A DNA stretch of 48,978 bases from Elsinoe ampelina (Eukaryota), in assembly GCA_010093995.1 (NCBI GenBank), contig ML992510.1:1334326-1383303 (forward strand), written 5' to 3'. The translations under genes and the position numbers were made by a program. The notes under the pieces are model-generated. The model was not told the origin of the DNA, did no database searches, and was given only the letters and a program-made list of their open reading frames with translations. Position 1 is the stretch's first letter; each line of letters begins with the position of its first letter. Shown piece by piece: positions 35,490 to 46,300 of the stretch.

Positions 35490-36300
35490 TCACCCCTCTT
35501 CAAACTCATTATTTATATGCCTTTTCCACCTCTGGATATCACGAACTAGCTTCTCAGCAATGCCTCGAACGATTCCGTGCGAAGCAAGCCAATCTGGAGT
35601 CTTTATCTTCAAGATTTTGAGGTCTGTACGCCGGTCATCAAGCACTTCAAAAGCCTCCTCCAGGCGGGCCTTCCAACTGGTCCACACCGCTTGATCTTCT
35701 TGCCAGTCAATATATGACCGAAGAGCTTGATGCCTCGTTGATTTTGCGTTTAATGACGAACTACAAAGCTCGATGATTACACCAGCCGGAGGTGCTGGAT
35801 TTTGGCCTCGTACCAGCTTCGGACTGTCGAGGTTTACCACCACGTTTACCGGCATTTGATTGCTCCTTGACGAGTGCTGCCTTTCATTGTCCAACAGCTT
35901 TATCTTTAGCACGTCCGAAGGTTCATCAATCGTCGCTTCTTGCCTTGATATCGCCTGGGCCTACTCACACCGATAGGCGTGCAGGATCTTGTGGTGGTGC
36001 TGCTGCTCATCGCTATAGCAGTATCGAGACTTGGTGCTGAGGATACAATTGCCAGGGCACCTCCATCTGTTGATAAGGTGAATGTAATTGGTGGAGTGGA
36101 CTTTGATCATCCTCTGACTGAGATTGCAGATCTTGCAGCATACCGACGGGGGTAGAAGAGCGAGAGCCGGTCTGCGATGACTCTATCACATTATAGAGCA
36201 AGGATATCTCACAGTATTCCTCTCAGTCGGATACCTCATGCTCCACAACCTCAGCACTTTGTCCAACGAAGACCAGGCAATGTCAGCTCGTGTCTAATCC
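35490..36300 (-). pseudogene. Hypothetical gene convergent on the transposase, 5' part disrupted or unresolved
   Basis: Protein-like C-terminus LRSYIDWQ..LEEAFEVL..DLKIL..WLASHGIVRGIAEKLVRDIQRWK preceded by S/P/Q-rich pieces in other frames. Confidence 0.55.
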
Positions 36301-37538
36301 ACCTTCTGTACACCGTGCCGGCTATCCTTCACCGCCACCTTGAAGGTTGCTAGCTCAAATCGAGTGACTCTCTGCGGTGAGGCGACGCTCTCGCTACAGG
36401 CTCGCATGCCCCTTACCAATAGTCCTCCGCTGTCCGATCTGCCATCTCAACGGTGTCACTGTAGAGCACTCTCGAGCACTCTCGAGCCAAGCTTCACCGT
36501 CCACTGCAAAGTCCAACCCAACACAAGCTCGGCCTAGAACTCACGCTCCAAGCTCTCGATGCCACGTCGAGATCGACTCGGTGGACGAGGGGACGAGGGG
36601 GACGCCGGCAGTCTTTGTGAAGGAGGAGAGGGAGGAGGAAGAGCAGCTGGAGGAGTCTTACGTTGTTTACGTTGTGGAGAGCTTGGACGAGGCATTGAGC
36701 GCTTGGAGGACGACGGCGGCGCCGGCGGCGGCGAGGGTGAACCAGCTGCACGCGTTGGCGGCCTTGTCAGTCGATGGGAGCATATTGGCATTTTATTACA
36801 CCTTTTTCAAGCCTCACGAATTGTTCAACAGCAGTAACAGGACGATTCCGTGGTAAGTCTGTATTTTTGTGGTGGCACCTACTGTAACAAATTTGGACAG
36901 CCAGAGGGGGTGACGCTGAATCTGAAAGTCTCGGTACTGTCAGCCTAAACAGTCTTCATAGACACTTGTACCATTCTCGCGAAAGGTTCTGATGTGAAGC
37001 CGAGCACGACCTTCAAGTAGAGCAAGGATTGGAGCTTCATGCAATATGATAGGATTACAGGACCGAGATAGGGCGCATGTACCTCGCACTGTGTAGGTAG
37101 CACCTCTCACTATAAGTACTCGAAGAAACCCGTGGTATTTTCTCGAGCATTAGGGTAAGCTTATACAAAATTCGTCTGTGCATTGTACAAAAATCTCCAT
37201 TTTACCACGGGTTTTGCCATGGGTTTCTATGCGTATCTGGATCGAAAATCGTAGAAGTTATACATAGAACGATTCATCATTATCCGAACTACAAACTTCT
37301 GTTTACTAAACTCATGTAGCCTACACCAAACCTTAATTATTCGTGCTGAGAGGACGAGCAAATCGCTCCGAGAATTTCGAAATTTTGGAGTTCTTACCCC
37401 ACGATAACTACTGTACACAACAATCCTGGGGGCTTGCGCTGCCTTGTGCTCCAAGATAGGTCTTCCGACTTGCGATCTCTTAAAAGCGATATATCGAAGC
37501 AGTCATAATGATACGTAGCTAAACAGGCAAGGGAGTTT

Positions 37539-38960
37539 TTATTCGTCGTCGAGAGCATGCTTCCGAGCAATTGCTGAGAGCGCTCGCTTTGTAGTATACT
37601 GCACACTAACAAGCGACGCCTGGCAACTCGGACATGTCCCGCAGTGTGAGTCTACACTTTCGATAAGCTCGAGCATCTTGCGGACAAGTTGCTCTGCAGG
37701 GCATGTGCCAGAAGGAGAAGTGGTGGTATTAGGCGACAGGGATCTAGAGGCAGCAGCACTATGTGGCTGGGATCGTGCATCAGTGTCCGACTCTATATCA
37801 TTGTCGTCACTGTGACCATCACATTCATGACTGCCATCTCCAAGGGTCTGGCCTGGACGCGTCTCCATCTGCTGGTCTACTTCACCTCGCGGAGATTCGG
37901 ATGGTGAAGAAGGAGTAGGACAACGAGGGCGAATAAGTAGGTGATTCCGAACCCGGACCAATTCCCTCTGGCCATCCTCTAATACCCTGACGCGTTTTGT
38001 CGCAGTGCGATCAGGGCCATTGCGCTCTCCCGAAGTTGTCCGAGCAGTAGAGGATCTCCTCTTGACAGTGTGATCCGCGGCACGTACATGTTGGGGTCGC
38101 TTTCCCCTCTCATGTACTTGCTCCTGTTGAGAGCTCACGAGAGCTCGGTCACCGCTAACAACCTTGAAGGGGATCTCTTCGACATGCTCGGCAAGTAAGC
38201 TATCGTGAGTGCGCCTACCTACGTTGTGGTCCAGCTGAGAAGCCCTATTAAGCGCTCTTGCATCTTGAGGGGTAAGAACAGGAGCCCATGACCCTCTAAT
38301 GTCGTGCTCCTTCCGGCTGGTGAGATTGGTCCGTAGCGTAATACGTTCTTTGTAGTGCGGTACTATATCTTCTACCGTGGGAAACTTCCAGGTCAACTTT
38401 GCATTGCCAGCAATCTCCATTAGCATTGTCTTCTTCATTGTTTTCTTGATTTCGTTCGGAGGAAGTAGGCCATGGAAGAGCAGCACCTCGAGCCACTTGG
38501 CACCCCAACGCTTGTCGATGAAGCGTACGTAGCCATCACACTCTCGTGCAGTCGATGTGGCAACCTCGAACATAGCTCGGACCCCGAATGGATCCGCGAG
38601 CGTCGCTAAAAAGGAGTCGGGGTTGCGTAACTTTTCGTCAGGGTGGGTCGTCCAAAGTTCTTTATGCTGAATATAGCGCCATAGGAGTAAGGCTTCTGTT
38701 GAGACACCTCTCGCTGTGTTTGCCATCTCATCCAGGATCGACGCAGCTATCTCGGCTTGGCTTTCTGCACTGTTCGTCGACCGCAATGACTCCAGCACAG
38801 ACAAGTGAACATTTGGGCGTTGGACACGCGAGAGGATGTCTTCCACATACTGTGGCTCGTCCTGCATCCAGCGCGTTGCATCCTGGTCTGCCTGGACGTT
38901 GTCTGAAGGAGTGGGCTGGGATTGAGATAGTTGCAGTGCTTGAGACATGATAGGATTCAA
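37539..38960 (-). CDS. Hypothetical protein, 473 aa, divergent from the DUF3505-type gene
   Basis: Long intronless ORF with a helical N-half, a disordered basic/acidic C-half and terminal C..HCGTCPSC residues. Confidence 0.8.
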   Translation of the reverse strand: MNPIMSQALQLSQSQPTPSDNVQADQDATRWMQDEPQYVEDILSRVQRPNVHLSVLESLRSTNSAESQAEIAASILDEMANTARGVSTEALLLWRYIQHKELWTTHPDEKLRNPDSFLATLADPFGVRAMFEVATSTARECDGYVRFIDKRWGAKWLEVLLFHGLLPPNEIKKTMKKTMLMEIAGNAKLTWKFPTVEDIVPHYKERITLRTNLTSRKEHDIRGSWAPVLTPQDARALNRASQLDHNVGRRTHDSLLAEHVEEIPFKVVSGDRALVSSQQEQVHERGKRPQHVRAADHTVKRRSSTARTTSGERNGPDRTATKRVRVLEDGQRELVRVRNHLLIRPRCPTPSSPSESPRGEVDQQMETRPGQTLGDGSHECDGHSDDNDIESDTDARSQPHSAAASRSLSPNTTTSPSGTCPAEQLVRKMLELIESVDSHCGTCPSCQASLVSVQYTTKRALSAIARKHALDDE

Positions 38961-39041
38961 ATGACTAAAAAGGCTTTAAGACCATGTGCAATACTCTAGA
39001 CTGCCTTAATGTAGGTCGAATAATAAGTCGGGCTATCCCAT

Positions 39042-39190
39042 CACGTGAATAGTAACACACGTGGCGCGCAGTGCCAAGACCCATCTGAGATGGTTTGCCA
39101 AGACCCATCTGAGATGACGGACGGCCAAAATTCTCGACGCGAAATACGCGCGCGATGCCTGTACTGTACTCATGCAGGCTCGCGTCTTAC
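39042..39190. promoter_or_regulatory. Divergent promoter region with a duplicated 21-bp palindrome-containing motif, two CACGTG boxes and CGCG (MCB/SCB-like) motifs
   Basis: TGCCAAGACCCATCTGAGATG at 39072-39092 and 39096-39116; CACGTG at 39042 and 39058; ACGCGAAA at 39137 followed by ACGCGCGCG. Confidence 0.55.
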
Positions 39191-39314
39191 TAGAAGAAAT
39201 ATTCTTTCGCTAATTACCTATTGTGCCGATGACACTTCCTAATTGCTATCCTCTTAACCAATTGATTACACATCTTCACTACTCTATAGATAGTATGACA
39301 TTTGTGACCAAAAC

Positions 39315-39990
39315 ATGGAGTATACACCATCGTCGCAGTATTGGATCTTGCACGTGGAATATAGACTAATCATTTGTACCTCTTGCCGCTCTAGCATTCT
39401 GGCAGTATCTGCGCAACGACACTTCAATCGATACCACACTTCAATACCTTCTACCATCCGCAAGGAGATCGTTGCGGCGATTATCGCAGTGCCGAACACA
39501 GTCAAGGATATAGAACAACTCCAACATATACAGGCTGGACCCATTGTTGCTATACCTCAGCTACCACTGCACCGTGATGGATTACGCTGTGTACTCGAAC
39601 GGTGTCAGTATATATGCAGGACAGAGCAAGGCATGGACAAGCACTGGAGAGAGCACGTCACACTTGGGGAAAGCACCACCGTACCGCGCACTCGATGGAC
39701 AGATGGCGTAACATGCCAACAACTGTTCAAGCGAGGGACGAAGCAACAAGTTCGCTTTCTGGAAGTGATTGCGCTCGAGGTTGAGGTAGAGATTCCCTCT
39801 CTAAATGATCAGGTAGCTCTACAGACACTACGAGAGCAGCGACAGTTGGCGGAAAGAAGCGTCTTGGATGGCCGCATTGTCGGGGTCAATGCCCGCTATC
39901 ATGACGTCGATAGTTGGATGAAGATGAACGGCTGGCGGGGTCACCATTAATCCTTTCGCCCTAAGCAACTTCGTCGGATGTGTGCCTGGA
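39315..39990 (+). pseudogene. Truncated DUF3505 (OrsD-like) zinc-finger N-terminus of a telomere-linked-helicase-type gene
   Basis: YRLIICTSCR...RHF..YH, LPLHRDGLRC..CQYIC..MDKHWREH, VTCQQLF..RFLEV, SWMKMNGW. Stops at 39950 and is replaced by RIPed sequence at ~39990. Confidence 0.85.
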
Positions 39991-42900
39991 CACTATATGT
40001 CTTAGGAGGAAGGGTACATTCCAATGGTTTTACTAGAGCAGGGTTAGGGTATTTTCCTAGATTCTAATAGGATTCCTAACCTCTATTCTTTAGGACTTCC
40101 TAAGATTTTTTCCCTCTGAATTTTTCAGAGATTACTTATATTACCTAGGTCCTCTATGATACTTAGTATCATCTAGAATTATCGAGTATTACTCCTAGAA
40201 TCTAGGTCATAGTATGCTAGGACTGTCCTGAAAATCTTTTAAAGTTCCTAAGAAAATATAGAGTAGAGGTCTTAGTAGCTTTACTCCTAACAGTTAGGAA
40301 CTCTAAAACATCCCTATAAATTTAGAGAGGCCTAGGTAGACTAGTAGACAGACATAGAATACATATTAAAGCAGAATAAATTTCCTAGTAAATAGGAGGT
40401 CTAAGAATTATAGATAACTCTATAGTACTTAGATTGTATATATGAATATCGCTCCTAGAGTTATTAGGGAAATCCTAGAGCCTATAATCCTCGATTAAAT
40501 AATAGACAACTAGGATCTTTAGTAGAAATACCTACCTCCTCTCCTGTCTTTGTCTTTTCTAACTACCTCTTAGCATTCCCCTATTATTTTCCGGGGTCTA
40601 GGGTTCTTAGGACAGCTAGATTGATATTTAATAGCTTTTTATAATACTAGATTTAGATCTAGTAAGTAGATTATATCGGCAGGAGTTAGAATAGAATTCT
40701 TAAGGGCTTATAGTTCCGCTAGAGTATAGAGCTATAATTATAAGTCTATCTACCTAAAGGTTTAGGCTATTATTCCTATTATATTACCTATTGTTATATT
40801 GCTCTAGGCAACAATAAACTTTTATAAGGAATTATTAGTAAGTATTCCTAGTTTAGCCTCTAGTAGCTAGGTGTTAGTTAGTATATCTTAAGTCTCTAGG
40901 GATTATAACTTAGGCCTTTTATATGCTATATTTATATGCTCCTTTGTTATTATATTACTCTTTGTTTTATATGCCTAGCTACCTAGTATAACTTATAGAT
41001 CTTATATATCTCTTTTATTCTCTCTAGCTTTCTTTCTTTCTCTTCTTATTACCTTTATTATAGTAAGTTTGCCCTATTATAGCTAGATCCTTATCTAGTC
41101 CCTTTAAGAGAGTTAAAGCAGCTAGAGATGCTACTATAGAGATTAAACAGCTTCTAATTAGCTCTAGAAAGAACTAGCTTTATAGCTCACCTATAGCCTT
41201 TATAGCCTTTATAGCTTTTATAGAGCTTTTTACTAGCAAGAGATAGATATACCTAGTAGCCCTTTACACTAACAAGCCTAGTAGCCTTTATAGCAATATA
41301 TATAGCTCTATTTAGCCTATAGATCTTATCTCTGCTGCTTTGACTCTACTAAGAGGCCTTAAATAAGGACCTTTAGTAAATGTAAGCCTTCCTAAGAACC
41401 CTAACTAACTATAACTTCTAGTTCTAACCTCCTAGCCCTCTTACAATTTTGCCTTCCTTCCTAAATAACTTCCTAAGCCTAGCGCTCCTAGCAACTATTA
41501 TAGCTCCTAGGGCCTCACATACTAGGACTCCTATAACCTTCCTAGCTACTACTAGAGACAGAGTTACTAACCTAAATACCCTAAGTAAGCCCTAAGCCCC
41601 TAATATATATCCTAATTTCACTAACACTTCTAGGCTATACCTAGGTTCCTATAACCCTTCCCTTTGCCTAGCAGGTCTAGGCTAACCTCTAGGGACTTAA
41701 TATAGCCTAGCGCAATTCCCTAGACGCCTAGGTTAAACCCCTAGTTAACGCTAATCTCTAGGTCTTTGCCAGGACCGGTCCTAAGTTCTAGCTTAACTAG
41801 CCTATTAACCTAAGGACTCCTAGAACGACTATAAACCTTTCTAGATCTAACACTAACTACCTAGTTTCTCTGCTTGTCTATAGCGCTTCTAGGTATACTA
41901 TTTACCTAGCTAGTTAGGAGTACACTTTCTATACTTAGAGGAATAGTAAATATAACTCCTGTGTTACTATAACTACTCCTAATAGCACTATGCTCCTAAG
42001 GGGCTCCTATACTAACTATAGCTTCTAGAACAATTACTATAGCTATAGCTTGTCTAGTATATGTTCCTAAGTTTCCTAATTAATCCTAACTAACATAAGT
42101 CCTAGACTACTAGAGAGCTTCTAGACGTCTCTCTACTAACTTTACCCCTATATATCCTAGGGCTTCTAGACCTATAAGACGCCTTAGAGGTCTCCTAACC
42201 AACAATAAGGCTACTAGGGGCTTCCTAATTAAGCTTTCTAACGACTCTAACCCTTCTAAGAACTAGCGCGCTCTAGATAATTTCCTAGCTCTCCTAGACG
42301 ATATTAAGGCTTAGGTAACTACCCTAAGGGACAGGGGCTACCTAGTAGAGTAGGACAAGCTCCTAGATCTTACTAAGTCTAGGCTTATCTTTAATAAGGC
42401 TTAGGGCTAGTTAGGATTATATATAGCCTTAGGGCAACTTTAGGGGATATTAGGATAGAGTAGCTAACTCTCCTAGTTTTCTTAAGTATAGAGTAAGCAA
42501 GTAGCTTTCCTAGGGTTTAGATAGCTTAGTCTAAGTGTTCTAGATGTTATAATAGGCTAGTAAGCTCCTAAATATTATAACTCTAGTTCTAAATTAGAAA
42601 TCTTTACTAATAGTCTATTAAATTTCCTAGTGTTCCTATAATACATAGGTAATATAGTGTCTTCCTAATATACCTAAACTTTCTAACCTTAGGTTAGAAT
42701 TCTAAGCTTAGCTAAGAGTTAGGGCAATCTTAGGGTCTTTCTATAATTTATGCCTAACATAATATCCTCCTAATTCGCCTAGACCTACTTACCTTAGGAT
42801 TTTAAGCTAAGTATTTCTAACTATTAGGGTAGTTGCCCTATGCTACTAGAGTATCCTAATCTACCTAAGCCTACTATGTATAGGGGCCTTATTATTAGCT

Positions 42901-43329
42901 AATACAAGTGTAGTTACTATTTTGCCTAATTCTATCTAATTAGCAAGAATTTCTCTAGTTAAGCCGTCCTTACGTTCTTAGTTAAGTATAAAGCCTGCTC
43001 TAACCCTAAAAAACTTAGACTGTATTTTTTTAATTTATGTCTAGTATAGTAGCTTCCTGATTTGTCTAGGCCTACTAACCTTAGGGCCTAAACTCTAAGT
43101 CCTCTACGTCTTAGTCTACTAAACATCTAAGATCTACTATCCCTTAGAACCTTAGAAGAGTAGTCTAGGGCTTTAGAGGTTCTCTAATAAAGGTTAAGTC
43201 TCTATGTAGAATACTAAGCTTTATATAAAAGGTACTACTATTTAATACTTCCTAGATCTATTTAGTTTACTCCTATCTACTATAGTATCCTAGTAAGAAC
43301 TATAAGTCTCCCCCTAGGTTTCCTATCCT

Positions 43330-46300
43330 TACCTAGTAGAAGGAACACCCTTTAAGTACTTCTAGTAGTTTAAAGTAATTATCTATATAGATTACAAGTT
43401 TACTATAATCCCTGATTAGGTCACTTCCTACCTAAAGAAGTATTACTCTTCCCTAGTAAAGGATAGGTAGTAGAATATTATTAGCATAGTAGGAGATATA
43501 CCGAATTTAGCAAGGAAGAAATTAGATATCTAGTACCTCTACCCTATAGCGGAAGCAATTCTAGAACTACCTATTTAAGGTCTAGGCTTTAAGTGTGTCT
43601 ATAGGGATACTTAGGAAGGACAGTGTAGCTATATTACCTAGTATATTAAGGTTATATAATAGCACTATAGCTAGAAGTATAACTAGAAGAGTAACAAGTC
43701 TAGGGGAGGGAGTAAGGCTTAGAGAGTAAGACTAAGGAGTAATAAGATATAGGTTAGTAGTATCTAGAGCTAGAAGTTCTTTTAGGATAAAGCCTAGTAA
43801 AAGTCTTTTTAGGTTTAAGTCCTAGATATAGGAGTAGCACAGGAAAGACCTAAGGATAGGGTTAATATATAGTTAGGAATCTATTAGGACACCCTAAGTA
43901 AAAGGAACAACTAGAAGGTTATTTAAGGTCTAGGAAATAGATATAAGGTTAATCCCTAGCTAGAAATAATAGGTTAGATCTAGCATCTTATAGGATTTAA
44001 GCAGCTCTAGGTCCTATAGGCTATTACTCCCCCTAGTTAGAATCTTGTCCTTTAGCTATATTAGCTCCCTAGAGCTAGAACATCCTATGGTTATAGGATA
44101 AAGTATAGAGTATACCTAATAATAGAGGAACAAGTAGAAGCTTAAAGACAAGTATAGGCTAAGAGAGATAGTCGCTTTAGGCACTTTACTAATTAGGAGG
44201 TATAGGAGAGAGATACTAGGCTACTAAGAGCTAGCGGGGCGACTAGTACACTTATTAGACTCTATATAAAGACTACTAAGTAGTCTATAGTAGGAAATGT
44301 AGTTCTAGAGTTTATTAAAAGACTAGAGGTTAGCGGAAGTAAGGACTAGTAACTATTCTATTCTAAGCATAAAGTTAGTACTATTAGGAACTACACTAAT
44401 GTTTAGGTAAAGCTACTAAGGTTTATCTAGAGGACCTAGGACTTAGCTAAGGGAGATAGACTAGGATATAAGCTACTAACTACATAGAGGACATTCCTAA
44501 TAAATGTTATAGACTTAGTAAGACAAGATAATAGGGATAATAACATTAGGAGCTAACTAGTTAAGAGTCTTAGGCAATTCTAGCTATCTATGTTCTAGTA
44601 TAAGCTTAGTAATAATCATCATGAAAGTGCTCTAGTTAGTGGACTTACTATTCTTAGCTTAAATACTAAAGATAGAAGCTAGGCTAGACCTAAGAACTTT
44701 AGCTCTACTATTGCAGCCCTAGTGACTATTAGCAAGGCACTAGTAGTTAGACAAGCATAGAAGCAGAGGGAAGATAAGATAGATAACCTAGTTAAAGCTA
44801 AGGAGCTTAACAGGTCTAAGGCTAAGGAGATAGTACTAAGAATTCTTATAAGGGTATAGGAGACAGTCTAGAAGTTTATAGCTATTGCTAGCTTCTATAG
44901 GCGACTAAATGTAATAGATAGGCTAGTTAGGATACTTAAGTATAGTAGGGAGGTTAGGAACACTACTAAGAGTCTAGCTAGGATTACCTAGGAAGGTAAA
45001 GTAATTATAGTTAATAAGGTTAAGTTCTCTATGCCTAACCTAAAGATAACTATTTATAGGTTACTAGTAACCTGCTAGAGGCGTATAAGGATTAACTTAA
45101 TACGTTTAGGAGAGGAAGATAAAAAGGGGCAAGAACTACTATCCCTAGAGCTTAGAAACCTATAGGACTCCCTAGGAGAGATAAGGGAAGGCTTTAGCTT
45201 TCTTACCCTCTAGAGCAATTAATAGTCTATAGATAGGTCATCCTAGCTGGCTTAGAGGCTGCTAAGGTACATTAGCAGACCTTAAGGTAGTAAAGGCTTT
45301 CTCCTAAACTAGGATATAGTTAAGGAATAGGTCTCTTAGCTTAGGAAATTCAAGGAAGAACTATTTATCCTAGTATATCTTACTAGAGGCGCTCTTACTA
45401 GGGACACGGAGATAGTTAGTATTAAGTGCTAGAATAGCCCTAATAGGAGAATAGGCAGGGGGATATTCCTAGACAGAGGCCTAGTTAGCTTTGTGTTATC
45501 CTATTATAAGGTATCTAGGATCAAGAGTAGGGCAAGGACAGTATATAGATATGTCCCTTAGGAAGTTAGCTAGTTAGTAGTATATTATCTCTAGCTTATA
45601 AGACCTTTTAGTAGGTAGCTAGATAGCTTCTAGAGAGGCAACTATAAGGATAGTAGGTATCTCTAGGAGCTAGAACCTAAGGCTAAGTAGAGTAATAAGG
45701 ANNNNNNNNNNNNNNNNNNNNNNNNNNNNNNNNNNNNNNNNNNNNNNNNNNNNNNNNNNNNNNNNNNNNNNNNNNNNNNNNNNNNNNNNNNNNNNNNNNN
45801 NNNNNNNNNNNNNNNNNNNNNNNNNNNNNNNNNNNNNNNNNNNNNNNNNNNNNNNNNNNNNNNNNNNNNNNNNNNNNNNNNNNNNNNNNNNNNNNNNNNN
45901 NNNNNNNNNNNNNNNNNNNNNNNNNNNNNNNNNNNNNNNNNNNNNNNNNNNNNNNNNNNNNNNNNNNNNNNNNNNNNNNNNNNNNNNNNNNNNNNNNNNN
46001 NNNNNNNNNNNNNNNNNNNNNNNNNNNNNNNNNNNNNNNNNNNNNNNNNNNNNNNNNNNNNNNNNNNNNNNNNNNNNNNNNNNNNNNNNNNNNNNNNNNN
46101 NNNNNNNNNNNNNNNNNNNNNNNNNNNNNNNNNNNNNNNNNNNNNNNNNNNNNNNNNNNNNNNNNNNNNNNAGTACCCTATTAGAAAGGGAAGACTTTAG
46201 GAAGGTTAGTGTAGATTAGCATAAGTTCCTAAGTTTCTCTTCTATACTAGAAGATTCTATTAAAGGCTCTAAGGCTAGGAGACAAGAAGAACTTCGGCTT

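Noticed and set aside
39072..39116. Direct repeats as a CRISPR-like array (also 33897-33969)
   Set aside because: Only two units, no unique spacers of suitable length, and a eukaryotic context.
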